From an uncultured Eubacteriales bacterium (GTDB taxonomy: Bacteria; Bacillota; Clostridia; Oscillospirales; Oscillospiraceae), in assembly GCA_905202605.1 (NCBI GenBank), contig CAJKSU010000001.1, forward strand, positions 1 to 47,745: a stretch of DNA of 47,745 nucleotides, given 5' to 3'. The notes beneath the pieces were generated by a model that was not told the origin of the DNA, ran no database searches, and saw only the letters and a list, made by a program, of their open reading frames with translations. Each line of letters starts with the position of its first letter. Positions within the stretch are counted from its first letter, which is position 1. This document shows positions 16,868 through 25,353 of the stretch, piece after piece. The translations under genes were made by a program, and so were the position numbers.

Positions 16868-17725
16868 ATGGAGCAGCTGCGGGAGACAATGAAGCATGCC
16901 AAGCTGACGAAAACCAGCCGACTCATAGGAGAGTACGTGCTGGATCATGAGACGGACGCCTGCTTTATGACGTCTACAGAGCTGGCTGCAGTGCTGGATG
17001 TCAGCGAGGCCAGCGTGATTCGGTTTGCACGGGCGCTGGGATATTCCGGCTATATGGACTTTCAGAAAAGCCTGCGCAGATCCCATACGGAGCGGCTGGG
17101 ACGAATCTCCTCTGCCGTGGCAGTACCCTATGAGCGCCTGCAGGCCAGTATGGCGCACAATGACGAGGACTATATTCAGGAGTTCCTGATGAATACCGAG
17201 ACGAATATTACGTCGGTGGTGCGGAATAATCCCAAGGAGACATTTGACGCCGCCATTGAGCTGCTGCTGAATTCCCGACGGAGATATATTGTGGCATCCC
17301 GCGCCAACACTGGCGTGGCGTCCTATTTTAATCTGCTGCTGCGGCATCAGGTGTCGGACGTGATTCCCACATGGGAAAGCTCTGTCAATGTCATCGACCA
17401 TATGTGCGACATTGGGAAGGAGGACTGCGTGATCCTGTTCAGCTTCCCCCGGTATTCAGAGATGGATCGGCAGGCCATGCAGTTGGCGGAGGATGCTGGC
17501 GCCTCGATTATTGTGGTGACGGATCGCCCCAGCGCGCCGCTGGCGCAGTATGCCACGGTGCTTTTGACGGTGGATGTGGATACCAATACCTTCTTCAACT
17601 CCTATGTGGGGGTGCAGCTGGTGATGGAGATCCTGTCTGCGGGACTGAGCCGCCGGGTGGGAGCTGCCAATGCGGAAAAGCTCCAGATGATCGACCGGTA
17701 TATCGGCAAGCTGGGGGTTTACTGA
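16868..17725 (+). CDS. RpiR/MurR-family transcriptional regulator (HTH_6 + SIS domain)
   Basis: TSTELAAVLDVSEASVIRFARALGYSGYMDFQ HTH followed by a SIS-type domain. Start set at ATG 16868 (AAAGGGGGA RBS) rather than the ORF-track start 16751. Confidence 0.88.
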   Translation: MEQLRETMKHAKLTKTSRLIGEYVLDHETDACFMTSTELAAVLDVSEASVIRFARALGYSGYMDFQKSLRRSHTERLGRISSAVAVPYERLQASMAHNDEDYIQEFLMNTETNITSVVRNNPKETFDAAIELLLNSRRRYIVASRANTGVASYFNLLLRHQVSDVIPTWESSVNVIDHMCDIGKEDCVILFSFPRYSEMDRQAMQLAEDAGASIIVVTDRPSAPLAQYATVLLTVDVDTNTFFNSYVGVQLVMEILSAGLSRRVGAANAEKLQMIDRYIGKLGVY

Positions 17726-17733
17726 TTTGCAAA

Positions 17734-17771
17734 GAATTCACTGTGGCGCGGCGTGCTGCGGTGAATTTTTT
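17734..17771 (+). terminator. Probable terminator after the RpiR gene
   Basis: GAATTCAC / GTGAATTT stem with a large loop, followed by TTTTTT. Confidence 0.5.
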
Positions 17772-17857
17772 GAATCCGCGAGAGCCTGCGCAACCTTTAG
17801 AACAGAAAATGCGTCTACATAGATATAGACGATAGCATGAAAAGTGGAGGGAGAACC

Positions 17858-19126
17858 ATGAAAAAGCTGGCTGCATTATGTATGATTTGTGCGCTTCTGG
17901 CGGGCTGCGGCGCTGCGCCGTCTGCGGTGGAACCGTCTGGGAGCGCGGAAGCTGCGCCCACGCCGAGTGCGTGGGGCGTTATGTCTGCGCCGTCCATGAC
18001 CACGACGCCGCAGACCTCTGACCGGGAAAACAGCAGCGAGGAGCACGCTGTGTCCATAGAGGAGTCTTCTGCGGCAGAAACGCCGGAGCCGCCCCAATCT
18101 CTGACTGAGCTGCTGCCTGCCGGGCCAAAGGTGATTGCCGACGGGGTGGAGCTGCCGTCGGTTCTGGTGGATGGGACAGCTTATGTAAATAAGAACGATT
18201 TGGAGTCGGTCTATTCCTGGCTGAATATCCAGACCGACGTGACATCGGCGGTGATGACGGGATATGATGGAACGTCCATTTCCCTGACCGTGGCAGCACC
18301 GGAGGAAGCGGAAGCCTCCGCCGAAGAAAACAAACCCTGCATTCATTTTACGGGGCAGACGGAGGAATACTGGCTGCCCCTGCGGCAGTGCGCAGAGCAG
18401 GCTGGACTGTATGTCCTCTGGGACGGCACGGTTCCTGCGGCCTATGTGACGCTGATGCCGGATACCAGCCTGATCCCGCAGGGCAGAACGGTGCCGGTGT
18501 GGATGTACCATGAGGTGGGCAATGATATCTGGGGCATTGAGTCGCTGTTTGTGTCCCCGGACAATATGCGGGAGCAACTGCAATACCTCAAGGATCACGG
18601 CTACCAGACCATTTTCTTCTCCGATCTGACCCATCTTAGCGACTATGACAAGCCGGTGATTTTGACCTTTGACGACGGCTATCTCGGAACCTATACCGAG
18701 CTGTTCCCGCTGCTGAAGGAATTTGATATGAAGGCCACGGTATTTGTGATTACCGCCTCCATCGGGACGGAGCATGATATTACCGCAGAAGAGGCAAAGG
18801 AAATGAGCGATTCCGGACTGGTTTCCATCCAGAGCCATACCGTGAACCATCCCGCGCTGGCAGAGCTGAGCGCGGAGGAGCAGGAGGAAGAGCTGAAGCA
18901 GTCCCAGCTGGATATTGCCCGGATCACGGGACGGGTTCCCTATGCCCTGTCTTATCCAACGGGAAGCTATAACGCTACCACTATTGAAATTGGAAGAAAG
19001 TACTACAAATTTGGCGTGAAAATGAACGGTGGAAACTGGCGCATTGGCAGCGATTTTTTTGCAGTGGATCGGCTTTATGCGGCGCGCAGCACTACCATTG
19101 AGGGCTATGGGGCGGCGATGCCCTGA
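17858..19126 (+). CDS. Polysaccharide deacetylase (NodB/CE4) lipoprotein with N-terminal copper-amine-oxidase-like stalk domain
   Basis: Lipobox LLAGC after MKKLAALCMICA. NodB motifs TFDDGY and HTVNHP. The N-terminal segment WLPLRQCAEQAGLYVLWDG resembles Cu_amine_oxidN1-type domains. GGAGGGAG RBS before ATG 17858. Confidence 0.85.
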   Translation: MKKLAALCMICALLAGCGAAPSAVEPSGSAEAAPTPSAWGVMSAPSMTTTPQTSDRENSSEEHAVSIEESSAAETPEPPQSLTELLPAGPKVIADGVELPSVLVDGTAYVNKNDLESVYSWLNIQTDVTSAVMTGYDGTSISLTVAAPEEAEASAEENKPCIHFTGQTEEYWLPLRQCAEQAGLYVLWDGTVPAAYVTLMPDTSLIPQGRTVPVWMYHEVGNDIWGIESLFVSPDNMREQLQYLKDHGYQTIFFSDLTHLSDYDKPVILTFDDGYLGTYTELFPLLKEFDMKATVFVITASIGTEHDITAEEAKEMSDSGLVSIQSHTVNHPALAELSAEEQEEELKQSQLDIARITGRVPYALSYPTGSYNATTIEIGRKYYKFGVKMNGGNWRIGSDFFAVDRLYAARSTTIEGYGAAMP

Positions 19127-19182
19127 CTGGCTGGAACGACTCCGGTAAATCTGTGTTTTATGGTGAATATGTATTGGAAGAA

Positions 19183-19211
19183 TTGACAAGTATCCGAACG
19201 GATGATATGAT
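19183..19211 (+). promoter_or_regulatory. Near-consensus sigma-70 promoter for the permease-yaaA operon
   Basis: TTGACA (19183-19188), 17-nt spacer, TATGAT (19206-19211). Confidence 0.6.
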
Positions 19212-19258
19212 AATGTTCACAATATCTTCACAAAATCAACATAAAGGAGTGCGAGGCC

Positions 19259-20701
19259 ATGGCAATCATGACGAAAACAGCCCACAGGGCAGAAGGCGCG
19301 GAGCAGCCCTCCGTGAAACTGGGAATGTTCCGCATCCGCATCCCATTTGTACACGCTCCATGGGAACTGCCGGAAATGATACAGGCTCTGGTGGTATTTG
19401 TTACCGGCGTATCTGCGGTTGCCTATTTACAGGATATTTTTGGGCTGCCCTTTTCCGTGGCATTGTCCATTGTGTGTGTTCATGAGCTGCTGTATGTATT
19501 CCAGAACATCGTAGGCGACCCCATTGTGGGCGGCTGGATCACGCCGGCAATCCCGCTGGTGACCACATGGCTTTTGACGTTCCAGAACACAACGGAGCGG
19601 ATTCAGGCACTTGTAATGCTACAGCTGATTTTGGGACTGCTCTATCTGATTCTGGGCGTTACGGGACTGGCATCCAAGCTGGTACACAAGGTTCCGGTGT
19701 CCGTGAAGGCGGGCATCCTCATTGGCGCAGGCTTTTCCGCGGTCATCGGGAAGTATGGCTTTGCTTCTGTAGAAAACGGCGGCATGGGCTTCTACGGCTC
19801 CCCCATCAGCTTTTCCGTGGGCGTGCTGGCGGCGCTGTTCCTGCTGTTTTCCGCAGGCTTCAACAAGCAGAAAGGAAAGCCCGGACATAAGATCATTAAA
19901 TTTCTGGCGAAGTGCGGGTTCGTTCCGGCGCTGCTGCTGGCCTATCTGATTGGCATGCTGGCGGGGGAAATTTCCACGCCGGTGAACGTGCTGGCGGACG
20001 GCGTGATCTTCAATCCTATTCCGGGACTGAAATATGTGTTCCATAACTTCTGCCTGACGGCACTGGGGCTGCCATCCTGGCATGTAATCTCCTCTGCGGC
20101 GGTGATGGCGGTGGTGGCCTATATCATCTCCTTTGGTGACATTGTTACCGGCACGGAGTTTCTGGAGGACGCCAAGCAGTATCGTACTGACGAGGATGTA
20201 AAGGTAAATCCCAACCTCACCAATATCTGCTGCGGCGTGAGAAATATCATCCAGAGCCTGTTCTGCCCCACGGTCACCCTGTCCGGTCCCCTCTGGTCGG
20301 CAATGATGGTGACCATCTGCGAACGATATAAAACCGGCAAGGAAAATATGTACTCCTTCTTTGGCGGCTGTATCACTTTTAACGTGACGAAATGGGTGTG
20401 CTGTTTGATTTTGCCGTTGGTGGCCCTGATTCGTCCCATCCTGCCGCTCTCCATGAGCCTGACCCTGATGATTCAGGCCTTCGGCTGCTTCTATGTGGCG
20501 CTGGGGCTTTGCAAAAACAATACCCAGCGGGGTGTTGCGGGACTCATCGGCGGTGTGCTGGCGATCACCAATCCTCAAACCGGACTTTTGGTGGGCATCG
20601 TGATATCGTTTATCTGCGAATGGCTGCTGACACGGGATTTTGGTGAGAAGAAGACGGAAGTACAGGAAGCAAAGCCCTGTGAGACAGGCGAGGACGCATG
20701 A
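19259..20701 (+). CDS. Multi-pass integral membrane permease of unassigned family
   Basis: 480 aa with many hydrophobic helices and an AAGGAG RBS. I cannot place it in a named transporter family from motifs. Confidence 0.6.
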   Translation: MAIMTKTAHRAEGAEQPSVKLGMFRIRIPFVHAPWELPEMIQALVVFVTGVSAVAYLQDIFGLPFSVALSIVCVHELLYVFQNIVGDPIVGGWITPAIPLVTTWLLTFQNTTERIQALVMLQLILGLLYLILGVTGLASKLVHKVPVSVKAGILIGAGFSAVIGKYGFASVENGGMGFYGSPISFSVGVLAALFLLFSAGFNKQKGKPGHKIIKFLAKCGFVPALLLAYLIGMLAGEISTPVNVLADGVIFNPIPGLKYVFHNFCLTALGLPSWHVISSAAVMAVVAYIISFGDIVTGTEFLEDAKQYRTDEDVKVNPNLTNICCGVRNIIQSLFCPTVTLSGPLWSAMMVTICERYKTGKENMYSFFGGCITFNVTKWVCCLILPLVALIRPILPLSMSLTLMIQAFGCFYVALGLCKNNTQRGVAGLIGGVLAITNPQTGLLVGIVISFICEWLLTRDFGEKKTEVQEAKPCETGEDA

Positions 20702-21447
20702 AAATCATCATTTCACCGGCGAAGACAATGCAAAGTGATCCGGACGCATTTCCGGTTGCGGAAATGCCGGAATTTCTGGAGGAAACCAAAACCCTGCTGA
20801 CACAGCTGCGGCAATATGACGGCGCAGCGCTCAAGGCGCTGCTGGGGTGCAGCGATGCGCTGGCGGAACTGAATTACCGGCGCTATCAGGAGATGGAGTT
20901 GGAGCGGGAATTGACGCCTGCGCTCTTTGCCTACGGGGGGCTGCAATACCGGCATATGGCACCCGCTGCATTTACAGAGGCGGAGTACTGTTATTTGGAA
21001 GAACATCTCCGAATTATGTCGGCGTTTTATGGTGTTCTTCGACCCATGGACGGCATTGTGCCGTACCGGCTGGAGATGCAGGCTAAGCCGGAGTTTTGCG
21101 GAAGCATGTATCAGTTTTGGGGCGAAAAGCTGGGGGCAAGCTTGGGACGGGACAATGATTTTGTCATCAACTTGGCATCCAAGGAGTACAGCACCGCGGC
21201 AAGGCGGGGACTGCCCGCCTATGTGAAATGGGTCAGCGTATATTTTGGTACGGTGAAGGACGGAAAATTCCGGGAAAAGGGAACGCTCTGCAAAATGGCG
21301 CGGGGAACCATGGTGCGATTTATGGCAGAACGGAACGTGCAAACGGCGGAGGAGCTGCTGGAGTTCCAGTCACTGGGCTTTCAATTTTGCCCGGAACGGT
21401 CCGACTCGGAGCGGCTCTACTTTGTTCAAATGCCCGAAAACCACTAA
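20698..21447 (+). CDS. yaaA: YaaA-family peroxide-stress protein (DUF328/UPF0246)
   Basis: Characteristic N-terminus MKIIISPAKTM, and LASKEY / KMARG motifs. The ATGA start-stop overlap with the upstream permease suggests translational coupling. Confidence 0.85.
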   Translation: MKIIISPAKTMQSDPDAFPVAEMPEFLEETKTLLTQLRQYDGAALKALLGCSDALAELNYRRYQEMELERELTPALFAYGGLQYRHMAPAAFTEAEYCYLEEHLRIMSAFYGVLRPMDGIVPYRLEMQAKPEFCGSMYQFWGEKLGASLGRDNDFVINLASKEYSTAARRGLPAYVKWVSVYFGTVKDGKFREKGTLCKMARGTMVRFMAERNVQTAEELLEFQSLGFQFCPERSDSERLYFVQMPENH

Positions 21448-21474
21448 GATTCTGTTAACTTTTGAGCTTTTTCA

Positions 21475-21503
21475 TTGCCTTCTCTGCAAATCTGGTGTAT
21501 GAT
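21475..21503 (+). promoter_or_regulatory. Putative promoter for the small membrane ORF
   Basis: TTGCCT, 17-nt spacer, TATGAT. Confidence 0.4.
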
Positions 21504-21557
21504 GTAGCCCGGTAATTCATCCGCGGCAGGATACAGCGGAAACAGGAGGATTTGTCT

Positions 21558-21743
21558 ATGAAGGCTCACGAAAAAGAAGCCAGTATCAAGAGGCTGGTTC
21601 TGCGTGCTTTTATCGTGACGGCTCTGGTGCTGGTTCTGCTGACGGTTCTTATGAGATCCGGCGTGATTGTCCGGGGAGAGGACGCCCCGCCCCAGCAGGT
21701 GGAGGAGGTCATGGGAATGCCCCAGGGGACGTTTCAGAAATAA
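21558..21743 (+). CDS. Small (61 aa) single-TM hypothetical protein
   Basis: AGGAGG RBS 8 nt before ATG 21558. TM segment LVLRAFIVTALVLVLLTVLM. A strong terminator follows. Confidence 0.45.
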   Translation: MKAHEKEASIKRLVLRAFIVTALVLVLLTVLMRSGVIVRGEDAPPQQVEEVMGMPQGTFQK

Positions 21744-21756
21744 ATATAAAAAACAG

Positions 21757-21796
21757 AACATGCGGCAAACTCCGAGCTGTGGAGCTGCCGCATGTT
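21757..21796. terminator. Bidirectional rho-independent terminator
   Basis: AACATGCGGCA / TGCCGCATGTT stem flanked by AAAAAA (5') and TTTTT (3'). It serves the small + ORF and the convergent UbiD operon. Confidence 0.75.
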
Positions 21797-21797
21797 T

Positions 21798-22145
21798 TTA
21801 TTTCAGAAGATCGGGGAGCTGAGTGAGCAGCTGAGAAAGCAGCCCGTCGCAGCCCTCCATTACAGCGCTGATCTGCTGGGGCGTGGCGTTATCATAGTGA
21901 ATGCCGCAGACGGTGCAGCAGCGCTGACCGGCAGCATCTGCAATGGCCTTTGACCATGGGACGGCAATATACTGTTCTTTATGCCCCGGCAGGGTCATGG
22001 TTTCCGGGGCAGCGCCCGGATCGCAGACGGAGACTGCGCCGATATGTCCCTTGTCGCCGCCCGCCAAAAGCACATGAATACCGTCGTCCAAAGGGGTGAC
22101 TGTACAGGTGACGGTACGGTTCAGAATGGTCGTTGTCAGCGTCAT
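21798..22145 (-). CDS. Small UbiD-associated subunit (LpdD-like prenylated-flavin chaperone candidate)
   Basis: 115-121 aa ORF directly after ubiX. ATG 22145 forms an ATGA overlap with the ubiX stop; 22163 is the alternative start. The GGDKGHIGAVS motif and the gene position match LpdD/BsdD-type third subunits. Confidence 0.55.
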   Translation of the reverse strand: MTLTTTILNRTVTCTVTPLDDGIHVLLAGGDKGHIGAVSVCDPGAAPETMTLPGHKEQYIAVPWSKAIADAAGQRCCTVCGIHYDNATPQQISAVMEGCDGLLSQLLTQLPDLLK

Positions 22146-22711
22146 AGCGGCATCCCCGTCCATTCCGGCACCTGACCCAGATGAAACCGGGAGAGTACCT
22201 TTTCTGCGATTTGACGGTTCACATCCTCGATGGTCTGGGGATGATTATAGTAGGCGGGAACCGGCGGGATGATATCTGCCCCCAATTCGCTGGCCGTGGT
22301 CAAATTCCGAAGGTGCAGGGTGCTGAAGGGGCATTCTCTTGGCACCAGCACCAGAGGACGGCGCTCCTTCATGGTAACGTCCGCCGCCCGCAGCAGCAGG
22401 GTATCGCAGTAGCCGCTGACCACCCCTGCCAGCGTTTTCATGCTGCATGGAATGATCACCATGCCCAGCGTGTCAAAGCTCCCGCTGGCGGGGCCTGCAC
22501 CGTAGTCCTCGTTGTCATAGAGCCGAAAGCAAAGCCCGCGCAGCTCCTCTCTGGACAGCCCCGCCTCATGGGCGAGGGTCAGCTCGCCGCAGTGGGACAG
22601 GATTACATGCGCCTCCACGTTGGGGAGTGCTTGGAGCTGACGCAGCAGCTCCAAGGCAAGAGGCGCACCGGATGCGCCGGTGATGCCAATCAGCAGTCGT
22701 TCCATGGTCAT
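22142..22711 (-). CDS. ubiX: Flavin prenyltransferase UbiX
   Basis: LLIGITGASGAPLALELL N-terminus and MVIIPCSMKTLAG motif. About 190 aa. Confidence 0.9.
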   Translation of the reverse strand: MTMERLLIGITGASGAPLALELLRQLQALPNVEAHVILSHCGELTLAHEAGLSREELRGLCFRLYDNEDYGAGPASGSFDTLGMVIIPCSMKTLAGVVSGYCDTLLLRAADVTMKERRPLVLVPRECPFSTLHLRNLTTASELGADIIPPVPAYYNHPQTIEDVNRQIAEKVLSRFHLGQVPEWTGMPL

Positions 22712-22721
22712 GGCGGCGCCC

Positions 22722-24197
22722 TCAGGAGAAATCAAAGTCCGGCAGCCAGTGCTTGGGGTCTACCTCCAGAAATTCGGCACGCTGGAACCGATCCTTCAGA
22801 TGGAAGGGAACGGTGCAGTCAAAGATGGTCTTGCAACTGACGCCAATATCGGGAATGGAGGGGGAGTAGGCGGGATTGGAGCTGGGATCCAGCGGGTGGC
22901 AGCGCACACCGGGAATCGTGACGATATCCCGATCCCCCTGAAACCGGGTGTTCATGGCCCAGAGCACGTCTTGACTGTCGAAAATGTCCACATCCTCGTC
23001 CACAAGAATCACATGCTTCAGCTCCGGGAAAGCGGAAAAGGCCAGCAGTGCAGCCTGACGCTGTTTTCCCTCATCGGTATGGACAGTCTTTCGGCACTGG
23101 AGCACCGCCATGTATTTGCCGCCGCCGGAGGGGTGGGCATAGACGTTGGTGACCTTGCCGGGCAGCGCCTTTTCAATCAGATTATAGATGCTGGCCTCTG
23201 TGGGGATGCCGGCCAGATTGACATGCTCCTCTGAGGGGCCGATGACCGTCTGCATAATGGGGTTCTTCCGAGTGGTGACGGCCTTGACCTTGATGAGCCA
23301 GCATTCGTTGGAGGCGCGCCCGTTATAGCCGGGGAACTCCGGCATGGCATAGCCGGTGTGGGAGTTTTGATCTTCCACGACCTTGACACCGGGCTGGATT
23401 TCGCCTTCGATGACGTACTCGGCGTTTGCAATGCAGTTTTCTTCAATGGAGATGCATTTGTGCAGCTCCACCGGGGTGTTCCGGATGGCGCCGGCAATGG
23501 ACAGCTCATTGAAGCCCATGGGCGTTGTGGGTGGCTCAAAGCAGGAACCAATTTCAATGGCAGGATCTACGCCGATGGAGATGGAAATGGGCAGCGGACG
23601 CCCCAGCTCTGTGGCACGCTCTGCCATGGCACCGATGTGCCGAGCACCGGGCATCAGAAAAATGGACAGCTCATCCCTGCTCTGAATGCACATCCGGTGG
23701 ATGGTAACATCGCTGAGACCGGTGTCGGGATGGGTGGCGTAGCACATGCCCATGGTGATGTAGGGACCCGCGTCCTTGGGTGTATTGGTGGGGGCGGGAA
23801 TCAGCCGGTACAGATCAAAATCCGGGTCAGTTGCCAGATGTACGATCTCCTGACAGGGGGCGGGCTCCTCGGTGACCACCGGCTCAATGGGATTCTGAGC
23901 GCAGCGGCACAGGAGCTTTCCCACATCCTCCTTGGTGGTTCCCAGCAGCCGGGCTACCCGCTGACGGTTTGCTAGAAGGCCGATGAGAACACGGGCATCG
24001 GGATGCCCCTTTACGTTGTTGAATATCATGGCGGGGCCGCCCACCTTGGTGGGACGCATGACGGTTCCGCCTGCGCCTACATAGCGGTAAACGCCGGAAA
24101 GCTCGGCGGCGGGATCGACCGCTACGTCGGTGGATACCAGCTGACCGGGCATTGTCTCCAGCAGGGCAAGGGCGCTGCGAAGATCATGTACTTGCAT
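22722..24197 (-). CDS. UbiD-family (prFMN-dependent) aromatic acid decarboxylase
   Basis: 491 aa. N-terminus is UbiD/LpdC-like (DLRSALALLETMPGQLVSTDVAVDP...MIFNNVKGHP) and family resemblance continues along the full length. Start set at ATG 24197 (GGAGTG RBS). Confidence 0.9.
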   Translation of the reverse strand: MQVHDLRSALALLETMPGQLVSTDVAVDPAAELSGVYRYVGAGGTVMRPTKVGGPAMIFNNVKGHPDARVLIGLLANRQRVARLLGTTKEDVGKLLCRCAQNPIEPVVTEEPAPCQEIVHLATDPDFDLYRLIPAPTNTPKDAGPYITMGMCYATHPDTGLSDVTIHRMCIQSRDELSIFLMPGARHIGAMAERATELGRPLPISISIGVDPAIEIGSCFEPPTTPMGFNELSIAGAIRNTPVELHKCISIEENCIANAEYVIEGEIQPGVKVVEDQNSHTGYAMPEFPGYNGRASNECWLIKVKAVTTRKNPIMQTVIGPSEEHVNLAGIPTEASIYNLIEKALPGKVTNVYAHPSGGGKYMAVLQCRKTVHTDEGKQRQAALLAFSAFPELKHVILVDEDVDIFDSQDVLWAMNTRFQGDRDIVTIPGVRCHPLDPSSNPAYSPSIPDIGVSCKTIFDCTVPFHLKDRFQRAEFLEVDPKHWLPDFDFS

Positions 24198-24333
24198 CGT
24201 AATCACTCCAAACAAGTTGTTTTTATGAAATCCGGAGGAAGACCCGGGACAATTGCAGGTTTATTGTATCAGCCGCAGGAATCCTGTGCAATTCTCTTTT
24301 GCGGTAGATCCATTCCTGGCGGGAATATTCGGC

Positions 24334-25224
24334 TTAAGACTCCTGCGCGGCAAGACCCTTTACGAAGTTCCAGAAGCTTTGCCCCATGCGGCTGGGCGGA
24401 GCATTCCGCTGCCGCACCAGACAGATCGTGCTCTCTATGCGGGGGGCAATGTCAATGGTGACAACGTCCTTGAGGTGGATATAGTCCGTGTGCCGCTGCA
24501 TCAGAAGGGCCACGCCCATATTCTGCGCCGCCAGCCCCACGATATTTTCCGGGCGGTGTCCGGTGTAGACAAAATTCGGCCGGAAGCCCGCCTGCAGACA
24601 GAGCTGAGTGCAGAGACTGTAAAGCCCGGTGCGTTGATCCAGACATAACAGCGGCTGATCCTTGAGGTCAGAGAGCCGGAGTTGGGCAGCGCCGGACAGC
24701 GGATGGCTGTGGTGCAGCACAGCAACCAGATGATCCTGAGCAAAGGGGAGATATTCCAGATTGGTATCCCCATCGCCGCTCAGCCGGGTGAAGGCAAGAG
24801 AGCAGCGCCCATCTTGCAGCATGATACCAAGATCGTGCTGCTCGCATTCTGCCACCTCCAGTGTGATTTGGGGATAGCGCTGCTGAAACTTTGCCAGAGC
24901 ACCGGTGATGTTATACTGAGCCATTACCGGAATGGAGGCAATGGTAAGAATATGACGATCCTTTTGGCTTTCCTTGGCGGCGGCAACGCGAATCTTGTTG
25001 CCCAGTGTGAAAATTTCCGCTGCTATAGGGAGAATCTGCGCCCCAGCGGGGGAAAGCGCTACATTTCGGGGGTTTCGGATCAGCAGCGGCGTGTCCAGCT
25101 CCCGCTCCAAAGCGGCAATGTGCTTGGACAGGGCGGACTGCGAAATGCAAAGCTCCTCAGCGGCGCGGGAAAAGCTGCCCAGATTGGCGATGACGGTGAA
25201 TTCGTGCAGATATTCGATTTCCAT
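24334..25224 (-). CDS. LysR-family transcriptional regulator
   Basis: N-terminal HTH (FTVIANLGSFSRAAEELCISQSALSKHIAALEREL) plus a LysR substrate-binding domain. Confidence 0.9.
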   Translation of the reverse strand: MEIEYLHEFTVIANLGSFSRAAEELCISQSALSKHIAALERELDTPLLIRNPRNVALSPAGAQILPIAAEIFTLGNKIRVAAAKESQKDRHILTIASIPVMAQYNITGALAKFQQRYPQITLEVAECEQHDLGIMLQDGRCSLAFTRLSGDGDTNLEYLPFAQDHLVAVLHHSHPLSGAAQLRLSDLKDQPLLCLDQRTGLYSLCTQLCLQAGFRPNFVYTGHRPENIVGLAAQNMGVALLMQRHTDYIHLKDVVTIDIAPRIESTICLVRQRNAPPSRMGQSFWNFVKGLAAQES

Positions 25225-25311
25225 AAATAAGCCCCCAGTATTGGTTCGGCATTGTTTTTTCTATTATCTTACGGGATGACAGGATGACTGTCAAGCCCGG
25301 CAGAATCGAAA

Positions 25312-25340
25312 CGTGCCTGCCGCCGGGGGCAGCAGGCACG
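25312..25340 (-). terminator. Terminator of the beta-helix lipoprotein gene
   Basis: CGTGCCTGC...GCAGGCACG stem with inner GCC/GGC pairs, followed on the minus strand by TTTCGATTC. Confidence 0.6.
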
Positions 25341-25353
25341 AATTACTATGAGA

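Noticed and set aside
17876-19189. 437-aa minus-strand ORF opposite the polysaccharide deacetylase gene
   Set aside because: Antisense shadow with Arg/His-rich low-complexity translation.
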